Counted from the first letter of the stretch, positions 1 through 11,500 are shown. The stretch is 29,546 nucleotides of DNA from Anthoceros angustus (GCA_010909165.1 VJWM01000371.1:1-29546), one strand, 5' to 3'. The notes: generated from the sequence alone by a model not told the origin. A program made the numbers and translations.

Positions 1-318
1 TCACTTGGCAGTTGGTCCCTTGCTTGCCCATGATTTCTACAGCCTCAGCACCCTTGGTGTGAGTCATCATGGGTGTCCTTCACCTGCAGCACTTCTAGGG
101 TACCTCTACGGCCAACCTAGGTCAACTCCTAGGTGTTGTTAATGAAACAAACCCTAAAAAACACACCTGAAACAAATGGGAATGTGTTAGTTTGGTTGGT
201 CAAATATATATGTACCCTTCAAGCAAATATCCCTAGCCTATTTCAACAAAAGGAAAATATGGCTAAGGTAAGTAAGTAGTAGGTCCTAAGACAGCCTCAA
301 GTTGCTCGGACCGAGAGT

Positions 319-372
319 GTCCCGGACGTTGGGCTGAGTGAGTCCCGGACGTGGATCGGAGAGTCCCGGACG
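319..372. repeat. Three copies of GTCCCGGACG
   Basis: Exact 10-mer at 319, 342 and 363 (spacing 23 and 21 nt). Confidence 0.8.
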
Positions 373-381
373 CCGATCGAG

Positions 382-492
382 CCCACCTCTAGTCACCCTA
401 CACATCCGCTGTCTCTAAGCTGTTGTTTGCACGACAACCCACCTCTAGTCACCCTACACATCCGCTGTCTCTAAGCTGTTGTTTGCACGACA
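382..492. repeat. Perfect 55-bp tandem duplication
   Basis: 382-436 equals 438-492 (CCCACCTCTAGTCACC...GTTTGCACGACA), separated by one A. Confidence 0.95.
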
Positions 493-2560
493 GAGCCCCA
501 GGACGAAGAGGGCGAATAAGGAATTGGCGGCCAAGAGGGCCAAGGAGGGTGAAGCTCCGGACCTCGGCACTCAGGACCTAAGGGACCTGATTAGGTCCGG
601 AGAGCCCAGCCCGGACTCACTCCGGACTGCGGTATGGAGGTCCTTGGTGGACCGTGAGATGCCCGCTCCCAGAACGGACTTTTTGGGGGCCTCACCAATG
701 GCGGCCGTGGAAGAGACATGGCGGGTCCTGCCACCATCATGGACAGATGCTGGGGTCTCTGGGACAGCCGAGAAGACCTGTGAAGTGGAAGCCACAAGGA
801 GGCGCATGGTGCTCCTCCAGAGCAATTGGAGGCGGCCCAGAGGCGAGGAGGAAGGCGGAAGCCTCGGCCGCATCAAGAAGGGAAACGGAGGAAGGGAAGT
901 CCGTCCATTCGACAGACTGACTAAATTCCTTCACCGGGTGAGCACAAGCAGCACAGAGGCCCAAGCTGGGTCAAGACCTGCGGAGAGGGGTAGCGCAGCA
1001 GAGGCGAGGAGGCCCGAGCGCAAGCAGAAGAAGGCGACTGGCCGAGGCGGCCGGCCACCGGCCAAGTCAAGCCTGTGAAGGCGGCGAGGAGGCGAAGTCA
1101 TAAGATCGACCGCGATCACTATCGGCGTGATCGAAACCGTGGAGGGAGACGGCAGGATAGCCGCGCTAACTCAAGACGGGAGGTGAGGCGGCGGAGCACC
1201 ATGCGCCGAGGAGAAGGAAGCCCGCGACAAGGAGATGGAGGATCTCCACGCGCCGAGGTGGAGCAACAGCGTGAGATGGAAGACCGAAGAGACCTCGAGT
1301 CCAAGTTACCATTGAGCGGAATGGTATCTGCGGGCGTGATCACGGATCACGAACGAGAGATAAGCGGCTCCGGCTACATTGGCAGACGGAGGAGGTAAGG
1401 CGATGGAACAAGGAGGCGGGGCGTCGCCGAAATGGAGAAGGACACAGGCGAAACCGATCGGCGAGTTGCCCGGCCGTCTGGAGAGGAGATGGGAGCTAAA
1501 GGCGGGATGAGCAGGGCGAGGCCTGGGCCTTGAAGAAAGGCTGGTCCGATTAAGGAAGGCGGAAGGGGCTGCGTTATGGCGGTATGGCGTGAGGCGGAAG
1601 CGGAGGCGGAACCGGGCGGTTGCGAGGAGGTGGCGGTGCAGCCTCGTGAGGTCGGCCCAGCTCCGGTATGAACTGGCGGGGAGATGGTCCGGCAAGCGGC
1701 CCGGCTCGGCTCCGGAGCACCAATGGCGAAGGAGTATCGGGTGCTCGGGCACATGTGGAAGAGGCAATCCGGCAAATTGACTCGGTTTGCCTACTAGAGC
1801 TCCTTAAGGCATTGGAAGCCTCTCGGCGCCCGCTACAAGCAGACGGACCCGGAAGGCTCGAAGGGATGAAGGACATGGGGGACACAGGGACCCTAGTGGC
1901 CTGTTTGGAGGCAATGAGGGAGAAGAGCCTCGGGAGGAGGCGGGGCAGCCAATACAGCGGACCTCGGGGTAAGTCCCACAGGGAGGATAGAGATGGGGGC
2001 CACAGAAAGGCGCGGAAGGAAAACCCGACCCAAGACAAGGGTCGGTGGGTGAGATGAGGCCTAGCGATGAGGTCCGAGATAAGGGTCCAGCTTGGGGACG
2101 GACCCGTGTAAGTCGGACCACGAGGTCCGAGATGAGCCGGACCAGGCCGGACTCGGGAAATAAAGCGGACTCGAGTTCGGACTCGGGGTCGAGGCCGGAC
2201 CAGTCGGACTCGAAGCAAGGAGGAGTCCCCTCCTTCTGAGGCAGTCGTCGGTGGCCCCTAGGAGGGACCCACTCGGGGCCGAGGGGAAACGTTGTGTAGC
2301 AGCGGTCGTCGGACCGCCGTGTAACGGCGAGATTCGGGAAGAGGAAGGGGTCCGCCTCGCGGATCATCCGATTAGGTGCGCCCATAGCTGTCGGGGACGG
2401 AGATTGGACCACCAATAAGGCGGAACCAGGACCTTCCAGGCCACCGGCCAAGGAGATAGGAGGAGGAATAGGATGGTAGGCGGCCGATTAGGGCGTCTTG
2501 GTAGCCACCGGCTCGAGAATAGAGTGTAATAAAGGCCGACTTGGGCGTAGTATAAGAGGC
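479..2560 (+). other. GC/purine-rich repeat-derived region, possibly a decayed retroelement internal region
   Basis: Overlapping R/G/E/S-rich low-complexity ORFs with no domain I recognise; repeated GGACTCG and GAGGTCCGAGAT motifs at about 2070-2215; AATAAA-like signals near 2527 and 2567. Confidence 0.3.
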
Positions 2561-3094
2561 ACTCTGAATAAATCATCTTCTCTTGGTGTTGATGGCGTTT
2601 CTTGCAGACCTTTGTGTGTCTTCATGCTAACGTGAGTCTGAGTCATGGCGAGCACGGCAGCTCGGAGGCAGTCAAGGTCTGGTAGCGGACCCTAGCGTGT
2701 GGTGGTGTGTAGGGACCCGTGTTCGTCAGGCGGCCGGCGTCAGCGGCGGGCGTGAGCGGAGGAACTCAGGCGTCTGAGCCGGACGGAGGCGGTTGAGCAC
2801 GGAGGAGGTCGGGTGTAGCCACTTGCGTTCTTTTCCAAGGTTGATGGCGTAGTGAGTGATGAGAGGCGGACTAAAGGAGCAGTGGCGTGCGTGAGCGATC
2901 TGGACGCAAGCGGGTCCTTAAACGTTTGGCCACACCGGGCCTGTTCGGTGAACGTTATGAGTAGTTAGGCAAAACGACGATTGCGTGTGTTAAAGTTGAG
3001 CGGACGCAAAGTAAGGTGAGAATCGGTCGAAACGCGGCAAACGGAGCTTATCATTCTCTCGGGAACGGACTCCTTACTACAACAACACGAGATT

Positions 3095-3503
3095 GTGCGC
3101 GCCCGGCTGGCCGTCAGCGAAAGTCGCGCCACACCCCTTTCTAAACAGACATTGTTTAAAGAGGCCTATAAGTGGCATCTCCGCCTTGGACACCCGAGCA
3201 ATGCCCGACTCCAGCAAGTGGCAAATTCTGACATCTACCTTGAGAAGATCCGACGTCTTCCTGATCCACCATTCTGCGAGACCTGTGTCCTCGCGAACGA
3301 GACAAGACATGTTCCCACATCATCAAAAAGACGAAAACAACTTTATACTCAAGCTGGTTCACTCTGATATATGTAGACCTATGAGTTCCTCCTCCTATGG
3401 CGGTGCAAGATATTTTCTAACCTTCACTAACGATTTCTCTAGGATGTGCTTTACCTATCCCTTAGAGTTGAAGAGCCAGACCTTTGAGACATTCAAGTTC
3501 TGA
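3095..3503 (+). pseudogene. Copia GAG-pre-integrase zinc-binding region and integrase N-terminal core
   Basis: WHLRLGHPS...CETCVLAN in the 3095 frame shifts into LKLVHSDICRPM...YFLTFTNDFSR in the 3093 frame; in-frame TGA at 3501-3503. Confidence 0.88.
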
Positions 3504-3509
3504 CTTGCC

Positions 3510-4268
3510 ATGGTGGAGACCCAAACTTCTCGCAAGCTCCGTTATCTGCGTTCGGACAATGGAGGGGAATTCGCGAACCACCTCTTCGATGATTTCTGCA
3601 AAGATAAGGGTATCACCCATCAATTCTCTGTGGCTTACACTCCACATCAAAATGGAGTTGCTGAAAGACTCAACCAAACTCTTCAGCGCATGGCAAGGGC
3701 CATGCTTCGACATGCAAGCCTGAATGTCAGGTATTGGGCTGAGGCCATAGCCTTTGCCACATACCTGAAGAATAGGCTTCCATCTCACTCTATTAATGGA
3801 AGAAAACCCTTTGAGCTGTGGACAGGATCTAGACCATCACTCAAGCACTTGAAAATCTTTGGATGTCCAGCCTTCAGCTTCATATCTGCAGCCAAGAGGA
3901 AGAAATTCGAAGATCGGTCCGAGAAACTGATTTTTCTGGGCTATGTAGAAGGCATGAAAGCCTACAAACTTTATAATCCGGCCACCGGGGCCTTGACACA
4001 TTCACGCAGCGTTACCTTTTACGAAGAACCCTTGATCCAACTTGATGTATCTTCAGCCCCTGGTTCAGCCCCCACGGAAGAGAGTCCCTCTCAAGAGGAC
4101 ACTCACGATAATCCTCATTCTAACTTGGATGTTTCAGACAATATACCAATTGACATCCACGATCCTCATGTTGCTTTGCTCTTGAGCCGCTCTTCCTCTA
4201 GCTCCTGCTGTCATTGTACCCCCTCAACCAGCCTTGGTATTTGGGGATTTCCCTCCAGATCCTATTGA
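3510..4268 (+). pseudogene. Copia integrase core (rve) and C-terminal region
   Basis: LRSDNGGEF, PHQNGVAERLNQTL, YWAEA...ATYLKNRLP, PFELWTG.RP...HLKIFGC, KLIFLGY...KAYKLY. Confidence 0.92.
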
Positions 4269-4689
4269 TGAGGAGCTTCCTCCTCTTCCTGCTGAGGAGC
4301 CTCGTCCTCCTCCTATTACTACCCGTGAGCTTCGACCTTGACACACACTTTGTCCACCAGCCAGATTTCACGGTACTGATTTCTGCCCTATTCGAGGCAG
4401 TGGGAGCTATGGAGGGGAACGTCAGGCCAACATTCCAGTCGAGCTACCTCTTCTGAATCCTGGTGATGCTCCCTCTGCTCCTATCACAGAAGATGATAAC
4501 ATATCAGGACAAGCTCTTTCCACGGAGATGCACATGTTGCGAGAACATTGCTAATTTCTACCTTCGACAATACCATTTTGAGCTTTCTCCAGCGCATCAA
4601 AGTGAGATACACCGCGCTCTACTTTCTCGTGTTCGAGCCTCTGAGCATATCGTCCTTGTGGACATTGCTCTATCTGGACCAGGAAAACA

Positions 4690-5640
4690 GGGATGGAAGG
4701 ATGCTATAGACTCCGAATGGAAATCCCTGATTCAAAACAAGACATGGCAACTGGAAGACTTACCTCTTGGCCGCTCAGTTGTCTCTTGCAAGTGGGTGCT
4801 AAGGAAGAAGTTCAATGCCGATGGAACACTTTCACGGTATAAAGCCCGCCTTGTGGCACGAGGCTTTAGTCAAAAGCCATGGATAGCCTACGATCCAGAC
4901 CTTTATGCTCCAGTGGTTAAGCCTGAATCCATCAGGTTTTTCCTAGCCATAGCTGCTCAAAATGACCTGATCCTACATCAGATGGGCGTTAACAACATTT
5001 TTATATGGGAGCTTGAGACTATCTATATGTCCCAACGACATGTATGTGGATCCAAAATACCCTAACAAGGTATGCAGGCTTCTTAAAACAATATACGGAC
5101 TTAAACAAAGTCCAAAGGCCTAGTACACCAGGATTAATGCTTATCTTCTCTCTTCTAGCTTTGTTCAAAGCCACTCAGACTCGAATGTGTATAAATTTCA
5201 CTGGCGAGGGCTACTATTGTGTCTTTCGTGGATGGTGTATTCTTGCAAGTAGCACACAATCTGCATTAGAGAAGGTCAAGAATATTCTAAGGAAGGAATT
5301 TGACATGAAGGACATAGGGGAACTTAAATACGTACTAGGTGTACAGGTTGAAAGACACTTCCAGCATCATGAGCTTTGGATACATCAAGAGAAGTACATC
5401 GGCGATATACTAAAAAGAATGAAACTTGATGATGCTCGACCTGTTGATACACCAATGATAACAAATTCGCCACTGTCAGTTACCGACTGTCCGCAGTCAA
5501 ACCAAGACAAGGCAGACATGGCCAAAGTGCCATCTGACAGCGATTGGCTCCCTCATCTATGTGTGGCCATGGTCAAGACGAAATCCGATTTCGATCGATC
5601 AAGTTAGTCAATTCCTACACAACCCAGGGAAGGCCCATTG
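4690..5640 (+). pseudogene. Copia reverse transcriptase (RVT_2-type), frameshifted
   Basis: WKDAIDSEWKSLIQNKTW, YKARLVARGFSQ, YAPVVKPESIRFFLAIAA, a degenerate IYGLKQSP at about 5090, and EFDMKDIGELKYVLG; the catalytic YVDD is degraded near 5225. Confidence 0.9.
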
Positions 5641-6112
5641 GGTGGCCGTCAAGCGCATCTACCGATACTTGAAGGGTGCACCTTGCCTATGAATACACTA
5701 CAAAAGACAAGTGAAGATACCTCTAACCCTGGTAGGATATACAGATGCCGAAACCCTGACGACAGAAGAAGCATAGCAGCCTATGTATTCCTGCTTAGTG
5801 GCGGTACCGTCAGCTGGTCCTACAAGAAAATTCCTTCCATATGCACTTCGACTGCTGAGAGTGAGTGCAGTGCCTTATCAATGGCGGCAAAGGACCTATT
5901 GTGGGGACGCAACCTCCTAGCAAGTATTGACTACCCACAGAACAGTGCTACACAACTGAATACTGACATCACTTCATCCGCGAAGTGGTATCAGGTGACA
6001 AAGCTCATTTGGTTTATGTTCCTACGGATTAGAACATCGCGGATGTCTTAACAAAACCACTGGCGAAATACCTACACTACAAGCACGCTGAGGGGATGGG
6101 AGTATTTCCCTG
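5640..6112 (+). pseudogene. Copia RNase H, degenerate
   Basis: DDRRSIAAYVFLLSGGTVSWSYKK...STAESE...AAKDLLW and terminal IADVLTKPL...GMG at about 6036-6100. Confidence 0.88.
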
Positions 6113-6125
6113 TGTCGAGGAAAAG

Positions 6126-6350
6126 CTATCTGGAACTGTCAGGCTCGCAGCCGTTCCGTCTTCTGGATTCTCTGTACTCAAGCGCCATGGACTCGAGAAC
6201 AGGCTCTAGAAGATTGCCCAAGTTCAGCAACCATCTTGGAGCAGAAGCAAGGCCGAAACCCCGCCGTATTCGATTTTGCCCGTTGTTGCTCGTCTCAGGG
6301 CTCTCTACATAGCGCTTCCTCTTGCGCCCTGACCGTGCATTGCCAGCCAT
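6126..6350 (-). CDS. Hypothetical 74-aa ORF with a basic NLS-like RKRKR; possible first coding exon of a truncated gene
   Basis: ATG in GAGAGATGG context; upstream minus-strand region has a promoter/5'UTR-like stretch (about 6930-7140) followed by a GTATGT donor near 6927. No recognisable domain. Confidence 0.22.
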   Translation of the reverse strand: MAGNARSGRKRKRYVESPETSNNGQNRIRRGFGLASAPRWLLNLGNLLEPVLESMALEYRESRRRNGCEPDSSR

Positions 6351-8299
6351 CTCTCCGAGAGGTTGTTCAGGTTTTCGGTTTCAGATTCCAAATGCGAGGT
6401 CTTTGCATGCGAGTGGGAGTGACGGGATGAACGCACTTAAGATTAGGGCACATTTCAGTCTTTAAACAGTTTTGTCACTCAAAGAACCAACAGGCACATC
6501 GTTTCACTTGCATCCCTTCATCAGACCTACTTGAACACCAGAACAAGACTCTGCTGATAATTTTGCTTTTGCCAATCGTCAATGTAATCATCACAAATTT
6601 CTCAATAACACCCCATCCTAGCAGTGATTCGACTCAAATTGTTTGACTGTGGACGAATTTTTGCCCCCAAAGAAAAAGTGCTTAACCGTCGAGTTTCATT
6701 GGACCACGTCATTGGACCATGTCATTCCCCTGAGGAGGACGATGACATCGGAATATGTACCTGCGCATTCAGCACATCTCGCATCACGGAAAAACTGGTA
6801 ACTTGTCGTTGTCGTATGATGCCAAGGCGCCAGACTGAATTTGATGTCCAGAATTGCACGACAGATGTAACACCTACATACATATGTATGTAAATGCCTC
6901 ATTCCTACCAGATCTATGTACATACATGATCCGGCAGCAGCGCAAGGTGCGGCCGCATCTCAGGATCTCGGTTGTGGGCAGGGCAAAAAACCGAAAATAC
7001 AGGGGGAAGGTCTCGTGACTGGCAATAGCGAAGCCGAATTCGGTGGTGGGAGGGAGTTCCGGGAGGACATTCCAGGTCTCGGAAGACGGCAGAAAATGCA
7101 ACACGGTCGCCGAATGGCCAAAAGGTGGGCCAAATTGGGCGGTAGTGCAAAGCTGTCAGTCTTTTACTGCATTAGGAGGCATTCCAAATTTTTGTGAAAT
7201 GGATTGTTCGACAATTGAATAACTCACCCTGAAAGGAGGAAAATGTCCCGCCCCGAAACAAGCAGCTAGTAAATGGAGTGCTGCGAGACTATCGGTATAT
7301 GTACGAAGTAGTATGTGCTTTCGATTCTCAGAATGAAAGACAGATTTCCTGCGGGAATGCGAAAGATGCTCGGCATTTCAATTGAGAAACTGTTTGTTTT
7401 CAGAATGTGAAGACGCGGTTTTCGCTGGTCGACGCGTACATATACATGATTTCGTTCCCATAGGCACCGTCAAAGGGTCTACAAGGAAACTTAAAAGCAC
7501 AATAGACAGTGACCCAAGAATGGGCTCGCTTTTGTTGCGTCCTCCTCAATACGAAACTCCAGAGTCCTCATTACATTCATGTCTGTGGAACAACAGACAA
7601 AGACAAAGACGATGAGATAGACGAAAGACGATGTCGATTCTCAAGCTAGAACACAGTGTATTTGATATCCAATTCAACAGTAAGTGCTTACCGTTGACAT
7701 CTGTGACTCCTCTGGAACGTTCCCAGATCGCCAGACTCTTTCTGGAGAGACATATGTACGTTTCTCTGCAAAGAGCAAAACCTATCCTGAACAAAACATG
7801 TGCTTTGTGAAAACCAGTTAAGCACTAAAAATCTGCAATCTAGGCCCTTTTAGCCTGGCTCACTGAGTCCGTATCACCTAGTCAATTCAGGGCAATGAGA
7901 GGTCAAAATTCAGATGACCACAGGGGCAGCAAGCCTGTCCCATGATTTATACTTTACAAACTGGATGCTCGATTTCCTACAAATCCAACTAGCATACATA
8001 TCTGAATGGTCACCAGCATCCTTGAGAAGTTGCTTGATCTTGGCAAAGATGCATTCCAAGCCCTTGAATGCGACGCCGCACGCTCCAGATCTTTTGCTTG
8101 TCCACTGGCAGCTGCAAGCAGGTTCTGACACTGGCACCTAGCAACCCAACATCTCATAACAACCAGCTCCCACCATGCTCCTGCATGCTCTCTGCTAATC
8201 ATCCGAAGACCAAGCTCATAGGTAAGGGAGTACAAACAATATTCTGGTGGACATAGTAACGCATTCTGAGCTAAAGTTTGGACCCAGAGAAGGCTTGGA

Positions 8300-10213
8300 T
8301 TATGGACAGGGAGCCACGTCTCTGTTGACTTGACCTTGCCATCTAGATAACAGAAACGCTGCCACAGGACTCAACCCTGAGTTCTCTGAAGCATCCAGAG
8401 TAGATCGCAATCTTCCTGATCTAGATTTCCCAAATTCTGATTGAATGGAGTCCCGCCGCTGAGACAATCCTTCCTCAGGTGCAAACACACCCCGAGCTAC
8501 ACTCTGAAGCCCTTTCAACGAAGGATCATCCGTGCTACCAAGCTTGTGAAAGAGCTTCCGGATGAGGGCTTCACTAGCACCTGGGACCAAGTGCTCAAAT
8601 TCAATCAAGAGCTCTGCCAATTCTGCTGCTAGACGGAAAGCCGCATTCTCAGATTGCTCAGGGACTGACTCACTGAGTGCAGGGAGCAAGACAAGAGAGA
8701 GGGCAGAAGATGGCCCTGCTCCTGAAACTTGAGCAAAATCCTCCTCACTCGTGGGCCTACTTGATGGTCTGCTTGCTGGCCTACCTAGAAATCTACCACT
8801 CCGGTCTGGTGTTCTGGCAGGGGATGCAGCCTCATAACCATGATCCCTATCTCTGACAGGAGGCCGCCCAGGTCTCATGTGAGCCTTCCTGAAAGCAGCC
8901 ATAGCCTCATGGAGATTCGTGGCACTGTCCTCCTGGATCAACTTGGGGGTACCTGAATCGGATGAGTGCTCCGACGAATTCCTGACCACAGTCCCATAGA
9001 TGTCAGCATCTGCATCAGCAACGTTGCTTTCATCCTCTGGCGTCGATGCCCCTTCGCTGCCCTCACCCTCTTGGGTGCCCCTAAGCCCCTCCCGGCCTAA
9101 CGGAGTCAGGTCTGGCTGCTCCATCTGCCATTCACTTTCAGCCTGGGACAAGATGGTGGTCAGCCTAGGGCTGGGTGCAGCATCAGATCTGCCCTTGGCA
9201 GGGGGCTTCACAGCAGCACTCCTGATAGTCCCCGTGGTCTGAATGGTACCAGTCCCAAAGTCCCAGCTGGCATACCTAGACTTCCTACCTCCGGCAGAAT
9301 CTCGGTCTCCCAAGCCCTTCATAGCCTTCATTTTCTCCTTGGTTTCGTCATCCAGGCCCCCCATATCCCTGCCCTTGCCCACATAATTCACAGGCCGCTC
9401 CTTGATCCTTTCCAGCAGCCTCTGGCTCTTCCTGGCATTTTTCACAAATCTATGCTTTAGCAACTCCTTGGCAGTTGGCCTCTCGGCGGGATTCTTCTTC
9501 AGGCACAGAGCCACGAATTCCTTCATGGGCCGGGAGAAGTGCTCATCCAGCTGCGGAGGACCATTCTTCGGAATGAGAAACAGCACTCGCATGGGATGCA
9601 AGTCGGAGTAAGGAGGCTCACCCTTGGCCATCTCAATGGCCGTGATTCCTAGCGACCAGATGTCAGCCTTCTCGTTGTAGCCCTCGGAATTCTGGATGAC
9701 CTCCGGGGCCATCCAGAAGGGCGTCCCCACAAACGTCTTACGCTTGGACATAGTCCTGGTAAGCTGCGCGGAAACCCCGAAATCCGCCACCTTCACATCG
9801 CCATTAGCCGTGAGCAGGATATTCGCGGCCTTAATATCCCGGTGAATTCTGCCCTCGCTGTGCAGGTAGTCCAGGGCCTGCAAAAGGTCCTTGAGAATGC
9901 AGGCGATGGAGGCCTCGTCCAGCGGCGGCCCCATCTCCAGCAGATCGCTTACGGAGCCCCCGGCCATGTACTCCATCACAATCCAAAGCCGCGTCTTATG
10001 CAGGTAGGAGCCATAATACTCGGTGATGAAAGCACACCGGCACTGCGACAGCACAGAGATCTCCTTCTGGATGTCGTCCACCTCGTCCTCCGCCTCCTCC
10101 AAGTCTATCACCTTGATGGCCACATCCTTGCCCAGCTCCTTGTCAAATCCCCGATACACATCCCCAAACGACCCCTTCCCGATCAGCTGCAGCGGCTGGA
10201 AGCGGGCCTCCAT
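8300..10213 (-). CDS. MAP4Kalpha: STE20-family GCK-III Ser/Thr kinase, plant MAP4K-alpha type; intact, intronless, 637 aa from the first ATG
   Basis: All kinase motifs intact: GKGSFG, VAIK, HRDIKAAN, DFG, GTPFWMAPE (STE20 signature), ADIWSLG, HPMRVLFLIP. Linker WDF..G..GT(I/V)R and C-terminal SPVAAFLLSRWQGQ resemble Arabidopsis MAP4K-alpha as I recall it. First ATG at 10213; an in-frame TAG at 10262-10264 closes the frame upstream. Confidence 0.95.
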   Translation of the reverse strand: MEARFQPLQLIGKGSFGDVYRGFDKELGKDVAIKVIDLEEAEDEVDDIQKEISVLSQCRCAFITEYYGSYLHKTRLWIVMEYMAGGSVSDLLEMGPPLDEASIACILKDLLQALDYLHSEGRIHRDIKAANILLTANGDVKVADFGVSAQLTRTMSKRKTFVGTPFWMAPEVIQNSEGYNEKADIWSLGITAIEMAKGEPPYSDLHPMRVLFLIPKNGPPQLDEHFSRPMKEFVALCLKKNPAERPTAKELLKHRFVKNARKSQRLLERIKERPVNYVGKGRDMGGLDDETKEKMKAMKGLGDRDSAGGRKSRYASWDFGTGTIQTTGTIRSAAVKPPAKGRSDAAPSPRLTTILSQAESEWQMEQPDLTPLGREGLRGTQEGEGSEGASTPEDESNVADADADIYGTVVRNSSEHSSDSGTPKLIQEDSATNLHEAMAAFRKAHMRPGRPPVRDRDHGYEAASPARTPDRSGRFLGRPASRPSSRPTSEEDFAQVSGAGPSSALSLVLLPALSESVPEQSENAAFRLAAELAELLIEFEHLVPGASEALIRKLFHKLGSTDDPSLKGLQSVARGVFAPEEGLSQRRDSIQSEFGKSRSGRLRSTLDASENSGLSPVAAFLLSRWQGQVNRDVAPCP

Positions 10214-10236
10214 GACTGCTGCTGTTGCTCCCGGAG

Positions 10237-10311
10237 CTACCTCCCGCACCCGCTCCCACCCCTAGTTCTACACCTGGGCCGCTGCAGGCCAGCCATTCCC
10301 CCGCAGCTCAT
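10237..10311 (-). promoter_or_regulatory. Candidate uORF (24 aa, MSCGGMAGLQRPRCRTRGGSGCGR) in the kinase 5' leader
   Basis: Two in-frame ATGs (10311, 10296); TAG at 10237-10239, just upstream of the kinase ATG. Confidence 0.4.
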
Positions 10312-10427
10312 CGCAATCCTGGCAGCCTGTGGCAGCGAGCGGAGCCTCCCAGTCAGCCCAGGGGCAGCAGCCGGAGCTGCAGCAGGTCCACAATCTGGCC
10401 GCAGCTTGGGGATTCACAGGATCCGCA

Positions 10428-10442
10428 CAGCAGCAGCAGCAG
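10428..10442. repeat. (CAG)5 microsatellite in the kinase 5' region
   Basis: Read directly. Confidence 0.85.
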
Positions 10443-10947
10443 CGGGAGACGAACCGAGGGAGCAGGCTGCACTGGGCTCACGCTTGCCGCATTCTGGCGC
10501 CATCCGTGCGGCCTTGAGACATTCCGATGGCACATACCTCGGCAGGTTCACGCTCCGTCCCGGGATCGCGAATGCTTCGGCGCACAGATTTGGAACTGCC
10601 AGACATGAATTTCCGGCACGCGTCCATCTCATTACCTATTACCTCCAGCCTTGCCCTGCGCTGCTCGCCATTGGAGAAAGCTGGTGAGCCTCTACAGTGA
10701 CTGAATTTAGGGCGGGGCCCGCCCATCCCATCAACGGCGTCCGTTATCTGGTCCGATCGTCCCAACGGAACGGGGAACCCACCCGTAGTGGGCATCAAGG
10801 ATCCTGGCTCCCATTACCTCCTGATCGGGATGCTGCTATTGTCTGCTTCTTTCCGGGATGGGATTTGTGTGCTGTCATATGTAACTAGTTGGTATTATTA
10901 AAGGGTTCTTTCAGCTATCTATAAAGAGACGTGGGAGTCGGACGCAG

Positions 10948-10974
10948 GAAGAAGAAGAAGAAGAAGAAGAAGAA
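10948..10974. repeat. (GAA)9 microsatellite, (TTC)9 on the kinase sense strand
   Basis: 27 nt of perfect GAA. Confidence 0.95.
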
Positions 10975-11026
10975 TTTTATTTAAGTCCACTAAGGACGGA
11001 TTTTTGTTGAGGGAAGCAAGTTTCGT

Positions 11027-11068
11027 AGGGGGGAGGGGGGAGGGAGGAGGGAAGAGGAGAGAGGGGAG
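11027..11068 (+). promoter_or_regulatory. 42-nt pure purine tract with five G-runs (Y-patch on the kinase sense strand; G4/H-DNA potential)
   Basis: Only A/G from 11027 to 11068; lies between the LTR and the kinase leader. Confidence 0.55.
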
Positions 11069-11263
11069 CGAGGATAGTTAGGATGGATGACTACTCAAAA
11101 GAATAAATGGCCATTTCTTGAAAAGGCATTTATCTTTATTTGTGTGCTTTCTTTTAAGGAAGGGAGCTTGGGTGCACTAAACATTGCTCCTTGTGAGCAT
11201 GTGCCTTGGTCCTTGTATCCTTGACCTTAAGTATTTGCTTTCCCAGTATAACCCGGTCGTACA

Positions 11264-11350
11264 AGGTAAGCACTTGTATTCATCTAAGCACTTCCTCAAC
11301 AGACAACCAAGTAAAACAAAACTAATGTACAAATATAGGTACAAACCAAT
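11264..11350. repeat. 87-bp diverged direct repeat, copy A (copy B at 11870-11956)
   Basis: Ungapped alignment; I count 10 mismatches in 87, mostly transitions; period 606 bp. Confidence 0.9.
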
Positions 11351-11500
11351 AACAATAGGACAAAGTAGCTTGCACGTCATGGCACAAGCACACTCCCCAC
11401 GAGAACAACACGCGAATTCCTCACACATCGCCCTCGGAGTCATAGCTTTGGCCTCCTCACAACACTCTTGCAGTACATATCTACAGGACAAGCTCAGATC

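Larger units (their letters stand above)
3095..6112 (+). mobile_element. Ty1/copia LTR retrotransposon pol remnant (INT-RT-RNaseH order), decayed; gag/protease and LTRs not recognised
   Basis: Copia domain order and motifs: WHLRLGH...CETC, VHSD, RSDNGGEF, NGVAER, WKDAIDSE..SL..NKTW, KWV...RYKARLVARGFSQ, FDMKDIGELKYVLG, VSWSYKK....STAESE, ADVLTKPL. Several stops and frameshifts. Confidence 0.93.

Noticed and set aside
479-2451. Long R/G/P-rich ORFs as genuine genes or gag
   Set aside because: Overlapping in several frames on both strands, low complexity, no CCHC knuckle or other domain.
6088-6130. GAGGGGA-TG as the copia PPT and LTR start
   Set aside because: It lies within the still-open RNase H frame, and no second LTR copy exists in the window.
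6875-6892. 18-bp palindrome TACATACATATGTATGTA
   Set aside because: Real, but low-complexity (TACA/TATG units), so little evidence of function.
10214-10249. GTG start used by the ORF track for the kinase (649 aa)
   Set aside because: Eukaryotic gene; the first ATG at 10213 is preferred. A non-AUG start cannot be supported from sequence alone.
9842-10687. 281-aa plus-strand ORF
   Set aside because: Antisense shadow of the GC3-rich kinase CDS; no domain recognised.
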